Shown here: one piece after another, positions 9,387-19,997 of the stretch
Layout: each line of letters starts with the position of its first letter
Position numbering within the stretch: the stretch's first letter is position 1
Assembly (NCBI RefSeq): GCF_004010195.1
Contig: NC_057758.1
Span: 8,269,834 to 8,289,833 of the forward strand
Length of the DNA stretch: 20,000 nucleotides
From: Chiloscyllium plagiosum
Taxonomy: Eukaryota
Direction of reading: 5' to 3'
Position numbers and translations under genes: made by a program
The notes under the pieces: model-generated
Told to the model about the DNA's origin: nothing
Seen by the model: only the letters and a program-made list of their open reading frames with translations
Database searches by the model: none

Positions 9387-9870
9387 AAGTAAACAGGAGT
9401 TTGGCATCTTGCATGTTCAACTTTGCAAGTCATGCGACAGAGTTACTGGCTGAACCCTCAAATGTTTGCTGTTTTTCCACACCGTTCACACAAAGGGACG
9501 TGAGATACTGTTTCCAAATTTGTGGATGGCAGAAAGATAGCCCGAAAGAAAAATAACTCAATAGTAATCCTTGGACGTGATGTAAGTAAATTTCATGAAG
9601 GCTGGATATCAGGTGCTCCTGCGCAGATATAGAATGTTCAGTGTGCAAGCACGGTATACAGGCATGGAGAGAAGAACGATTGCTCGGGCAGGAAGTAAAC
9701 AGGAGTTTGGCATCTTGCATGTTCAACTTTGCAAGTCATGGGACAGAGTTACTGGCTGAACCCTCAAATGTTTGCTGTTTTTTCCACACCGTTCACACAA
9801 AGGGACGTGAGATACTGTTTCCAAATTTGTGGATGGCAGAAAGATAGCCCGAAAGAAAAATAACTCAATA
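9387..9870 (+). repeat. Near-identical 177/178-bp direct repeats (9387-9563, 9693-9870) around a 129-bp unique spacer
   Basis: Direct comparison shows one substitution and one 1-nt indel. Confidence 0.95.
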
Positions 9871-9884
9871 AGACAGTTCTGAAC

Positions 9885-10205
9885 ATGAGTGCAGAATTAG
9901 ATTTAACATTGATAAGTTTAGGAAACGCTCTTGGGAAGAAGAATCATGGTAGGAGAGTACTCAAGATTCGTGGGTCATGAGAAGGCTCAAAGGAATAGAG
10001 GAATCTTCGGAGCGTGTCCACATGTTAATGGTAGAATTAAGAAGGACCGTGTTGTCTTTACCATTCGACACATCGCTTATGAAAGCAGGAGGTTATGTTG
10101 GATCTGTACAGAACTTCAGTTTGGGCAGAGATGAAATATTGTGCGTACTCCTGGTAATCACGCAATGGGAAGGATATCTTGTACTGGAGGGAGAAAAGAG
10201 GAGGT
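9885..10205 (+). mobile_element. CR1-type LINE RT C-terminal fragment, heavily decayed
   Basis: EVMLDLYRT..EMKYCAYSW..KD..LEG remnants. Confidence 0.7.
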
Positions 10206-10499
10206 GGCAAATTTAATTGAGTTACAAGCTTGCAGAGAAGCAAATATCTGCACATTTCTGTCTTAATTCGGAAGTCCCTTATTCTCAAACTATTGCCTGC
10301 CGTTCTCGATATACCGAGGAGAGGAAAAATCAGCTCGAACATAAATTTGACTTTCTTTTTAGGCAGATCACACAGACTCACAGATTCATACAGTCTGGAG
10401 AATATTGTTTTGTTAACATAGAAAAAAATGCAAGAGGAAGAAAACTATACTTCAGTAATACAGGGCATTGGTGACACTGCAACTTGGAGAACTGAGCAG

Positions 10500-11225
10500 T
10501 GAACAATTTCGATGCATGCAGATGACTCGAAACCTGGGAGAACAGTAAACTGTGTGAAGGACAGTACAGAGATTCAAAAGGACACTAGCAAATTGGTAGA
10601 GTTGGCAGGTAAGAGGTAGACACATTTCAATTCAGAGAAGTGAAAGGGGACGCACTTTATTGGAAGATCACTGAAAGGCAATATAAAATTGGGATTGGGT
10701 GGTACAGGTGGCAGAAATTTAAAGGGGGGCAGGCGCAAAGAAACATGCATGTATCTGTGTGCAGATAATAGACCTTGGTAGGACAAAGGGAGACAACAGC
10801 AAAGAAAGAATAAACTGGTGCAACTGCTTTCCCTGGAGAGAAAATGGCTGAGAGGAGATATGACGGAGATTTCAAAATCATGGCATGGGGTTGAACTGTG
10901 TACACAGGGAGAAGGCTTTACCATTTGTAAAAGAATCAAGAATGAGATGGGCGTATGGTCGCATCGTTAAGGTGGGTGCAAATGAAACAATAGTGAAGAC
11001 AGTAAGATCTTTTCCACCCAGTGAGTACTTAGGGTTTGGAATGCATGGCCTGGAGGTATACTCATGGCAAGTTCAATTAATAGTTTCAAGACGGAAGTCG
11101 GGTATTTGTTGGTGTGGAAATGAGATGCAGTGATCTGGGGAAAGAGTCACGAAGTTTACATCGGGGATAGAACAGCAGTGTACACAGCCGGCCGAATAGC
11201 ATCCGAGTGCACCCGAAATATTCTG
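10500..11225 (+). mobile_element. CR1-type LINE (ADD motif to 3' end), decayed, internally deleted
   Basis: ADDSK, IQKD..KLVE, FNSEK, FSLE..WLRGD and VWNA remnants. Its 3' end abuts the acceptor of the defensin-like exon. Confidence 0.75.
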
Positions 11226-11272
11226 GGGGATTCTGTGACCGTGGAATTCGACTTCCTTCCCCATGCTTCCAG

Positions 11273-11484
11273 CGAGCAGAACAGACGAACAAACTGTTTG
11301 CTTCCTTGCCGATTATGAAAATGAATGTAAAAAAGCTGGTGGCATGTGCCCAGTCAATGTGTGCCCATCGGTTTAGGTATAACCTGTTCTGAGGCTGTGC
11401 CTGCCTGAAGAACACTGTTGCAAGAATCGGCGATCTCAGACACAAGTGCCGCACGAGAGCCATGAGGATACTGACTTCAGTTGA
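11273..11484 (+). pseudogene. Beta-defensin-like mature-domain exon (copy B), disrupted by two in-frame stops
   Basis: Acceptor cttccttccccatgcttccag| ends at 11272. Phase-1 reading is xSRTDEQTVCFLADYENECKKAGGMCPVNVCPSV*V*PVLRLCLPEEHCCKNRR..., including the typical C-xxx-GG-x-C motif. Stops at 11374-11376 and 11380-11382. Confidence 0.82.
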
Positions 11485-12086
11485 TTCTTAATTTGACTGT
11501 GGAGTCTAAGTAAGGTCGGACTGTTTAACCGATGTTCACCGAGAGGTGTGACTTAAAACTAGCTGAATTGTTAACCAGTCCTTGTCCATGCCGCGTTCGG
11601 TGCCAAATGCACAGAGAACACTGGTGAAAGCACAGGACGTCTGGTAGTTTTAGCGTACAGAGAGGAAATCAGAACTTGCATTTCGAGTCTGGTTGGACTT
11701 TTCTGCAGAGAGAAACCCCAACTATTCTGGCAGCAAATACATGCAGAGTGAGAAATGAAGGGGGGTGGAGGGAGACAGTGAGAAAGAGAGAGAGGGCGCG
11801 AGAGAGGGATAACACAGAGGGCGGAATATTGTTCAAGATCAAGGAATGAAAGATTATCGCAAATGCAGAGGAATATGATTTAGAATGAAAACAGCCATGA
11901 TCAGGGATTTGATTAAAAGTTACAGAATACTGAGCGGCCTGGATAGAATGGGCATGACGAAGATGTATCCGTCTTTGGGAAAGGCTGGGATCCGAGGGCA
12001 AAGCCTCAGAGTAACGGGGCACACCTCGAGAATTGATTAAGGAATAACGTCTTCAGGCAGAGAATTGGTGAATCGTGAAACTAATG

Positions 12087-12867
12087 TGAAGCCCATCCCA
12101 CCTACAGTATTCCATGAATGTCCAATGACGACTTAAATACACTTTAACTTGGCGAATCTACTAGCGATGCAGGCAATGCATTCCATACCCTTACTACTCT
12201 CTGAGGAAAGAACCTACCTCTGACATCTGTCTTATACCTATCTCCCCTCACTTTAAAGTTGTGTCCCCTCGTGTTTGCCGTCTCCATACTCGGAAAAAGG
12301 CTCTCCCTGTCTACCTTATCTCACCCTCTGATTATCTTTTATGTCTCTATTAAGTCACCTCTCAACCTTCTTCTCTCTAACGAGAACAGCCTCAAGGCCC
12401 TCAGCCTTTCCTCGTAAGACATTCCTTCCATACCAGGCAACATCCTAGTAAATCTCCTCTGCACCCTTTCCAAAGCTTCTGCATCCTTCTTATAATGCGG
12501 TGATCAGAGCTGTACACAATACTCCAAGTGTGGCCGTATCAGAGCTTTGTACAGCTGCAGCATAACCTCCTGGTTCCGGAAATCAATCCCTCTATTAATA
12601 AAGGCCAAAACACTGTATGCCTTCTTAACAACCCTGTCAATCTGGGTGGAAATTTTCAGGGATCTGTGTACATGGACACCAAGATCTCTCTGCTCAGGTG
12701 CACTCCCAAGAATCCTACCATTAGCCCACTACTTTGCATCCCGATTACTCCAGCCAAAGTGAATCACCACACACTTGTCCGCATTAACTCCATTTGTCAC
12801 CGCTCAGCCCAGCTCTGCATCCTATCTATGTCTCTCTGCAACCTACTACACCCTTCGTCAGTCTCCA
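12087..12867 (-). mobile_element. CR1-type LINE (paralog of 1040-1820)
   Basis: Same motifs. ORF 12797..13045 ends EGCSRLQRDIDRMQSWAER. Confidence 0.92.
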
Positions 12868-13970
12868 GATATACAGGCTCTTGATTGGGAAGACGATCAC
12901 GAGTTACTGTAGGGGTGGGGTCGGTTGGAACGCATGAGGTCTGATCGAATGTTGGAGCATGTCCAGGAGCAATATGGTCAAATTCTGCATTTAAGTTCCA
13001 CAATCGTATGATTCTATGGAATGAGGCAGCAGGCTTAATGACCAAGTGAACGACAATGGTCCCTTATGCGTGTATCGGCAGCTGTTAAGTGCAAATGGGG
13101 CTTCACATTGTCAGGCGTCAGTGGTAATGAATGTGAGCGAGTCGAGGTTGACCAAAAAGAGAGTACCGCAGTTTCCGCGAGCTCACACTGAGAAAATGAT
13201 CTCCGTGTCAGCGGGCGAAAACTGTGGGAGTGTCAGTGTAACTTGAATAGAACGGGGGAGTCATGAGAATTGACAAGCCGCTCTGAGCTGCACTGAGCAC
13301 AGTCATGTCAAAGTGTCAGTAATGAGGGAGCAAAAAATCAGTCTGTCGGATGGGCTGCACTGAGGTCAGCACTCGGTACTGGAAAGCCAGATCTGGTGGA
13401 GCACCACACTGTTGGAGAGTCAGTTCTGATGTAATCCTGCACATACACAAGTGCAATCCAGCATGATTTGCTGAATGATGGTGAGTTAGGTTGGAATAAA
13501 CATGGCAGGGGTAGAAGCAGGAAATTGAGCAAGGGTTGCTCTGCACAGAGATCTCCAGACATACCAGGATGACCACAAAATGGCGAGACGATTATATTGA
13601 TATCTCTGATTCCTGAAGTTATTCCGTGCCCTCACTGACCAACAGACAAATTCATTAACACATTTATCCCGTGAGAATCCAAACCATCATCCCTGACAGT
13701 TCCAAACCATCTTCTTGGCATGTCTATCTGACGACAGGGTCGATCCATCCAGAGTGGGCTGCAAAGTGGCAAACCAATGGGAGGAGATTCCAGTCGGTTG
13801 GAGCAATTCTCGGGTCCCAAAAATTCATTGGACCAAACGTGGCCGATGGCAGAGATGGGGGCCTTGAATGTGCACCCATCCGAGAAACACTGGGAAGAGA
13901 TAAAGGAATACTACCGCAGGAGAAAACATCAGTATTAATCTCGCATTCGACAGCAGCTTTTGAAACATAC

Positions 13971-13974
13971 GTGT

Positions 13975-14040
<66 letters not shown>
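13971..14040. repeat. (GT)n microsatellite, about 35 units (only about 7 in the paralog at 2931-2944)
   Basis: Directly visible. Confidence 0.98.
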
Positions 14041-14045
<5 letters not shown>

Positions 14046-14394
14046 CTTCTAATAAAAACTTGTTCAAGCATTATTAAAAAAAGGCAATCAGAAATCAGTT
14101 TTAATGGGCGGAGAAGTTATAGACATGCATCTTTTTTACGCACTCATGCCACGTGAGAATCTCTGGCTATCCAGCATTTAATGCCCAACTTTAGTTTCCC
14201 CCTTAACAAGGTGGTTGTGAGTGCTTGATCGCCATGGTCTTACATTGCTATGTGGGAGACTGTTCAGAAATGAGACTCAGTGACATGGAAGGAAAGGCCG
14301 GTTTGGATTGGGGAATATCACTCAGAAATCCATTACAGTTCACACTTGTTTCAAACATCGACAAAATAACTCAATTTCAGAGCTGACATGAAGG

Positions 14395-15493
14395 TCGCAA
14401 AACTGGTCTCAATGGATATCAAGGGGCAAACTCTCCATTGGTTAGGGTGATAATCATAAGATATGCCAAATGTCAAGGTTGTTGGAGGTCAGTAACCTCA
14501 GAACCAGAACATCTCTCCTCAGGATAGTGACCAAGGCTAAATTATCGTCAGCTACTCTACCATAACGTCATGATTACGGATGTTCCTGATGACTGCCCAA
14601 TGTTCATCATCATTTGCATCTACCTAGTTACGGAAGCAGTCCATTTTAAAGTGCAACAATATGAGTACGATGTCTCGGCTCGGCTGACAAGTGGCAAGGC
14701 AAACAGAAGACTGCAGATTCTGGAGATAAGAGCCCAGAGTGTAGTCTGGAAAAGCATCACTGGCCAGACAGCATCTGCGGAGCAGGAAAATCATCGTTCA
14801 GACTAAAGCACTACCTCAGGGCTTTTACCCAAACCATCGATATTCCTGCTCCTCGAATATTACCTGGTTTGCTCTCGTTTCCAGCACCACACCCTCAACT
14901 GACAAGTTGCATGTCACATCCACGTCATGCACATGCCAAATTATCACCCCTACAAATAAGAGACAATCTAACAATTGACCCGACTCAGTCAATGTTGTTA
15001 CAATCAATAAGTCCTCAAAATGAACATCCTGCGCTTTATGTCTGATAAGGAACTCAACTGGACTCACCACGTAAACACATTAGCTACAGGAAGCGGTCAG
15101 CGACGAGGAATACTGTGGCTAATAACTCAGGTCTTAACTCCACTAAGCCTCGACATAATCTAAAAGGTACAGATCATGAGTGTGATGGACTACCACATCA
15201 CTTGTGTGGATAAGTGCAGCTGTAACAACGCTTAAGACGTTTTGAACCATCCAAGACAAAGCAGTGCATGAATGGCATTATGTTCCCAACTATTCAAACT
15301 CTCGAACGCCCAAGCTCAGGAGCAATAGTGTGTACTTTATATCGGATGTTATGTCAAAATTCAGCAAATTTCACTCAGATCGCACTGTCAAAATTCATGA
15401 CAAATTTGCCTTCCAAGAAAAAGTGTAGCAGATTAATGGTGAAGCTATCACCTGAAAGGTTTCCTCCAAGCCACTCATATCCTGACTTAGAAC
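14395..15493 (+). mobile_element. Decayed non-LTR LINE (second CR1-group family), RT region, interrupted at 14699-14898; 3' end displaced to 16622-16795
   Basis: KLVSMDIKGQTLHWL, PDDCPMF, ADKWQ, KELNWTHHVNTLA, KVQIMSVMDY and TIQDKA remnants. Confidence 0.8.
14699..14898. mobile_element. Fold-back Penelope-like terminal repeat remnant inserted in the LINE, with a 15-bp flanking duplication
   Basis: Inverted arms (ggagcaggaaaatc / gatattcctgctcc; ctggaaa / tttccag). Flanks are ctgacaagtggcaag (14684-14698) and ctgacaagttgcatg (14899-14913), 13/15 identical. Confidence 0.7.
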
Positions 15494-16621
15494 AAACAAA
15501 AGGAAGTATATCACAGGAACAGGCCCTCAGCCTTCCAAACCCTCGCCGAACATTATGCCCTAATTAAAATAAAACAAAAGCCTTATGTTCTTTTTCAGTC
15601 TGTATCCCTCTATTCCCTGCCAATTCACGTAATGATCCAAATGACTTTTAAATATTGCCTACGTGATTGTTTTCATCATCTCATGTGGCAGTTGTTCCAG
15701 ACTCCTACCCATCTTGCTGGAAGTTCTTCCCTCGCACGTCTCCATTAGTGAATACCGATGCAACGTTTTCATTAAAAATATTTCCAATTTCTGTGGTCCA
15801 TGCATAATTTCAAATGCACGCCCTTTATTCTCGGGTGTGCCTATTCTTTCCTTGCTACACTCTTGTTTCTCATCTATGCATGAAAAGTCCTGGGATTCTC
15901 CTTGACCCAATTTGCTGAAGACATTTCGTGGTCGTTTTAAGGATTCCTAATTCCACACTTAACCTCCTTACTAATTTACTCTGTACTCCCAAAGTGCGTT
16001 GTCAGTTTGTAACTGCCTAGATATATTGTACTCTTATTTTTACCCTTTTTAACTTCGCTTGCAATTCGCCTTGTTACCCACAATTCTGAATCTCGTCAGG
16101 CCTCAAAATTTCCAGATGCACATTGGCCCTCAAATAACCGTCCAATCTACATTCACCAGTCATTATCTAATTAAATGCAATTGGTCTTTTCTGAATTTAA
16201 CACTCTCATCAGACGGCCACTCTTGTCCATGACTGCTCGAAATCTTATGAAATTATAGTCACTAAGTCCAAAACGTTCTCCTACTGAAACATTGATCAAC
16301 TGTTCTGCCTCATTCAGTAATCTCAAGTCTAGTATGGACTCATCTCTCGTTGTATTGTCAATGCACTGTCGCAAAAGCAATCTTTCTGGACACTTCCAAT
16401 AATTTTGTCTCCATCTGATCCCCTGGATCTAAGTGAGTCCCAATCAATAACAGAAAGGTAACCAAGTACCCTGCTTTCTCCAAACGTTTTCAGTAACTCA
16501 CTACCTATCTGTGCCTCTGTCTCCTCCACTGACTCCGAGCCCAGCGACATCTCTCTGCCTATTCTAACTCTAACCTATGCCTATCTCAGTCTCACATTTG
16601 TCCCTACTCTCTCCCAAATAT
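15494..16621 (-). mobile_element. CR1-type LINE pieces (3' end and APE endonuclease region), nested in the + strand LINE
   Basis: ORF remnants TRDESILDLRLLNE..VGERFGLSDY (TR..LDL / SDH motifs) and IDWDSL..G.DG. CR1 3' end at about 15494-15745. Confidence 0.85.
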
Positions 16622-16795
16622 ATTTGGAACTATATAGTTGTTGCGTCACTGTCGCTGGGCCAAAATCACTTCCTGATATTATTGTGGGTCAACAATGGCC
16701 TGCAGCCGTTCAAGATGTATGCTCATCACCGTGTTCTGAAGGGAAGTAAGGATCGGCAATGAATGCTGGCCAACCAGTAAAACACACGCCCCACA
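16622..16795 (+). mobile_element. 3' end of the LINE that stops at 15493
   Basis: Resumes with ttggaactatat..cactgtcgctggg..gcagccgttcaaga..aatgctggcc, the expected continuation of ...cctgacttagaac. Confidence 0.7.
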
Positions 16796-16837
16796 ACCAC
16801 TGCTACAAATAAAATTCCATGTCATGTTCAAGTTCCA

Positions 16838-16980
16838 GTATACAAGTTCAGCGGGTAAGAGAGCAGTCAAGGAGAATATTGGCCGATATTTCAAAGAGAA
16901 TAGTGTCCAATATTAAGTTGATCAAACGATACAAGATACTATTCATGCAACTTCAGAAATTTTGCAAACAGTTTTCTTTC
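16838..16980 (+). mobile_element. CR1-type LINE RT C-terminal fragment, decayed
   Basis: QVQRV..ILADISK..LIKRYKIL..QLQKFCKQF resembles QVQQV..MLAFISK..LYKALVRPQLEYCEQF. Confidence 0.7.
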
Positions 16981-17901
16981 ATCGCTATGATAGAGAACGA
17001 TGTGCTTATTGGTTGGGCCAGAAGTTATGACTCATCCCTACTTTCCATCTGTCCATTGCCTACTCATCCAATATATATTTAACTATGTCAGCTCTGGTCA
17101 ATGATTCAAAACAGGTCATCTTTCAATCGAACATAACGAGCACGCGCCCAATACACGAGAATGGAAGATCTTGGACAGTGGGAATAGCGTTGCTTTTGAA
17201 GGTTTGTGTTGGAAGGTTTGCATTTTTAATCTGTCCAAAGCATTAATCATAAAGTAACTTATGGTGGACGCTGGAAATCTGAAATAACGCCGGCACAATG
17301 TCCCAGTAAAGAATTCTACACTGGAATGTTTACTATTTTATTTCCTCCCTCAAGTAATTCTATTCGACTTGACGTGTATTCCCGGGGTTTCGGGTGTAGC
17401 TTTCAGCGGAAAACTGTTGTTAAATCACCTTAAAGTTTCACTGCACATCTCTGGTCACCGCAGCCCTGATGCCTTTCCCACTATATGTATTTTTGTCTTC
17501 CTCATGTTAATCTGTCCACCACATGTAGTGTATCCAAATCATTCCATACAGATCATTTCTTACTCCTTGATCACTCTCTCCATTTGGAAGAAAGGTAAAG
17601 ATATACATACGTACAGCAAGATCCAGATTTTAGCTGACTCCTCTTCTACACATGCGTTTGCAACGACTGAATGGCTTTTCCAGCAAGAAATTTCCTAATT
17701 TTGTGACCGTATACCCCACTTTGCATTGAGTGTCTGATTTATTTTGTATGCGGCACACTTGGAATTTATAATCTGGTTCGACAGAGAATCATAGAACGTG
17801 ATTTGAAATCAACGCATTTGATTTTCTTCGAGTTTGGATTACTCTAATTTCATGGTGTGACACTCAAACACATTAATAATATCACGGGAGCGATTGCTCA
17901 A

Positions 17902-17908
17902 TATAAAA
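17902..17908 (+). promoter_or_regulatory. Candidate TATA box
   Basis: TATAAAAG in non-repeat DNA, with a donor-like AGG|gtatgt about 100 nt downstream (18010). Motif evidence only. Confidence 0.3.
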
Positions 17909-18313
17909 GTGACTTGCATTGAAGATGCGTCTATTTTGTCAGCAGTAACCATCAGTGAATCCACAACATAAGAGCCAACTTGAAGTAGTCAGTAATCTAA
18001 CAGATAGAGGGTATGTTTTACCCTATACTTGAAGCTATTGGTGTTACTTGTAAAACTATCACTCCAGTGTTGGTTATATAAGAAAATATTTAACTGTGTT
18101 TTAATGTTCATGAATAAAATTTAACATGTTTGCCAGAATTTACTCATTTCCAAGCCAAGTCATTCTCCCAGAGGCTGAACGGGCACGTCTTTTCTTGTTT
18201 TGCTCAGACTACAGAAATGTGACAGATTCATAAACACTGTGGAAGTTATGTAATTCCAAAATAAAACATTTGCTCTAAATTATTTCCTTTGTTAGATATA
18301 ATGGCATATGTGT

Positions 18314-18611
18314 GAGTGCAACGGTGGCACAGTGGTGAGCACTGCTGCCTCACAGAGCCAGAGACCAGCGTTCAATTCCCGCCTCAGGCGACTGCCTGCG
18401 TGGAGTTTGCACATTCTCCTCGTGTCTGAGTGGGTTTGCTCCGGTTTTCTCCCACAGTCCAAAGATGTGCAGGTTAGGTGAATTGGCCATGCTAAATTGT
18501 CCGTAGTGTTAGGTGAAGTGGTAAATGTATGGGTGGGTTGCGCTTCAGCGGGTCGTTGTGGACTTGTTCGGCCGAAGGGTCGGTTTCCACACTGTAAGTA
18601 ATCTAATCTAA
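18314..18611 (+). mobile_element. Full-length HE1/V-SINE-like tRNA-derived SINE with CR1-type tail
   Basis: Pol III A-box tggcacagtgg (18325-18335), B-box-like gttcaattccc (18370-18380), V-type core, and tail ttccacactgtaagtaatctaatctaa. Confidence 0.95.
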
Positions 18612-19239
18612 TTGGTTGAAAGAAATGCTTGATAAGTATCCTTGAGTGCGTTTACGAATGTTCTATTGAAAATACATAAATTAAATGATTAGATGTCACC
18701 GTAAGTCACTCGGTGACTATCTTTTCTTTATCATCATATTTTATGTGTCTCCTGACCGCCACACATAAATATACCTGCCAGTCTTGATGATGCATTGAAC
18801 CTGTTCTCATTTGCCACAGTTTTGACTGACTACAATATGAGTACACTGCATAGCAAAGTTTAGTTTAGTTACTTTTTGTTATATCATCCTTAACTGAGAG
18901 ATACAAGAAGTTAGGTTTAGAAACATCCGGGTAAGTGATTTCTTTTTTTTAATTTCCATCAGGCAAAAATAGTGTGACGTGTAATTATCTTGGATAAGTA
19001 CGCACACTGCATTATATCTGATGGTACATAAAGTATAAATCTAGAAGATGAATATTAGAATTATCTTATAATCAGTTGGAAAAGACGTGCTTTATTCGAT
19101 CTGTGTTCATTTGTGTCAAGCATTTACATATTGATATTGCCGTGTCGATGTTTTGTGTGTTGTAATCTGCATGGGTTACTCTGTCCATTTTTTTAACTCT
19201 ATCATCTGCATGTCAGATTTCACTCTGTGATCTTCTTCT

Positions 19240-19307
19240 ACTGATCACAAAGAATCTTTTCACTATATTTAGTTACACGGGACAATGAATCAAATCAAAT
19301 CAAATCA
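19240..19307 (+). mobile_element. Probable LINE/SINE 3' tail ending in (AAATC)n
   Basis: cttttcactatatttagttacacgggacaatgaatcaaatcaaatcaaatc: stem-loop-like end followed by a short tandem tail. Confidence 0.5.
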
Positions 19308-19676
19308 TAGACTGATCAGAAGAAAGTGGAATAATACTGTTAAGATGCAAAATCACGGTACATTTTAAGGAATAAAAGAAGTTTCAACTACAAAATGCCA
19401 TGAATTGCACGGAACCGACTGACATCACTCGCCGCATCCTATAACTGCATTCGCTATTCTATTCCTGTAGTATCTGGATTTTATGCCTGACCAGAAATGT
19501 AAATCCATCAACTGTGAAAGCAACTATGAACCAGCTAAAACAGGGCAGGGCCATAAGAAACAGACCAATTCTGAATGCGTACAGAGCGGTCATGTCCAAG
19601 ATTGCAACTGGGGAATGAGTTGAAACTTTCTTGCTGGAACAGCACAGCAGGTCAGGCAGCATCCAGGGAACAGGAG

Positions 19677-19712
19677 ATTCGACGTTTCGGGCACAGGCCC
19701 TTCTTCAGGAAT
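19677..19712 (-). ncRNA. Minimal type-I hammerhead ribozyme motif
   Basis: Minus strand AUUC-CUGAAGA-A-GGGC(CUGU)GCCC-GAAAC-GUC-GAAU: CUGANGA and GAAA boxes, 4-bp stem II, stem I AUUC/GAAU, GUC cleavage triplet, palindromic ACGU in place of stem III. Confidence 0.8.
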
Positions 19713-19962
19713 GAGCAGAGAGTGTTCAGCAGGAGAAGATAAAAGGTAGGGAGGAGGGACTTGGAGGAGGGGCGTTGGAAATGTGATAGGTGGAAAGGGG
19801 TCAAGGTGAGGGTGATAGGTCGGAGTAGGATGGAGGCGGAGAGGTCAAGAAGAAGACTGCAGAAGACTGCAAGAAAGTGAGGTCTGCAGATGCTGGAGAT
19901 CAAAGTTGAAACTTTATTGCTGGAACAGCACAGCAGGTCAGGCAGCATCCAGGGAACAGGAG

Positions 19963-19997
19963 ATTCGACGTTTCGGGCACAGGCCCTTCTTCAGGAA
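19963..19997 (-). ncRNA. Second minimal hammerhead ribozyme motif
   Basis: Identical core UUC-CUGAAGA-A-GGGC(CUGU)GCCC-GAAAC-GUC-GAAU. Confidence 0.75.

Larger units (their letters stand above)
11165..14872 (+). repeat. Segmental duplication, copy 2
   Basis: Starts ggatagaacagcagtgtacacagcc (as position 1) and ends cctggtttgc (as 3776). Paired ORFs in the track, e.g. 43/11207, 628/11669, 1481/12528, 2627/13671. Confidence 0.97.

Noticed and set aside
9387..9870. CRISPR array or LTR/TRIM element
   Set aside because: Only two long repeats in vertebrate DNA, with no TG..CA termini, primer-binding site or target-site duplication seen.
13671..14156. 161-aa ORF with a CV repeat (and HT repeats on the other strand)
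   Set aside because: Translation of a (GT)n microsatellite.
18314..18400. tRNA gene
   Set aside because: The A and B boxes belong to the head of a SINE. No cloverleaf or terminator.
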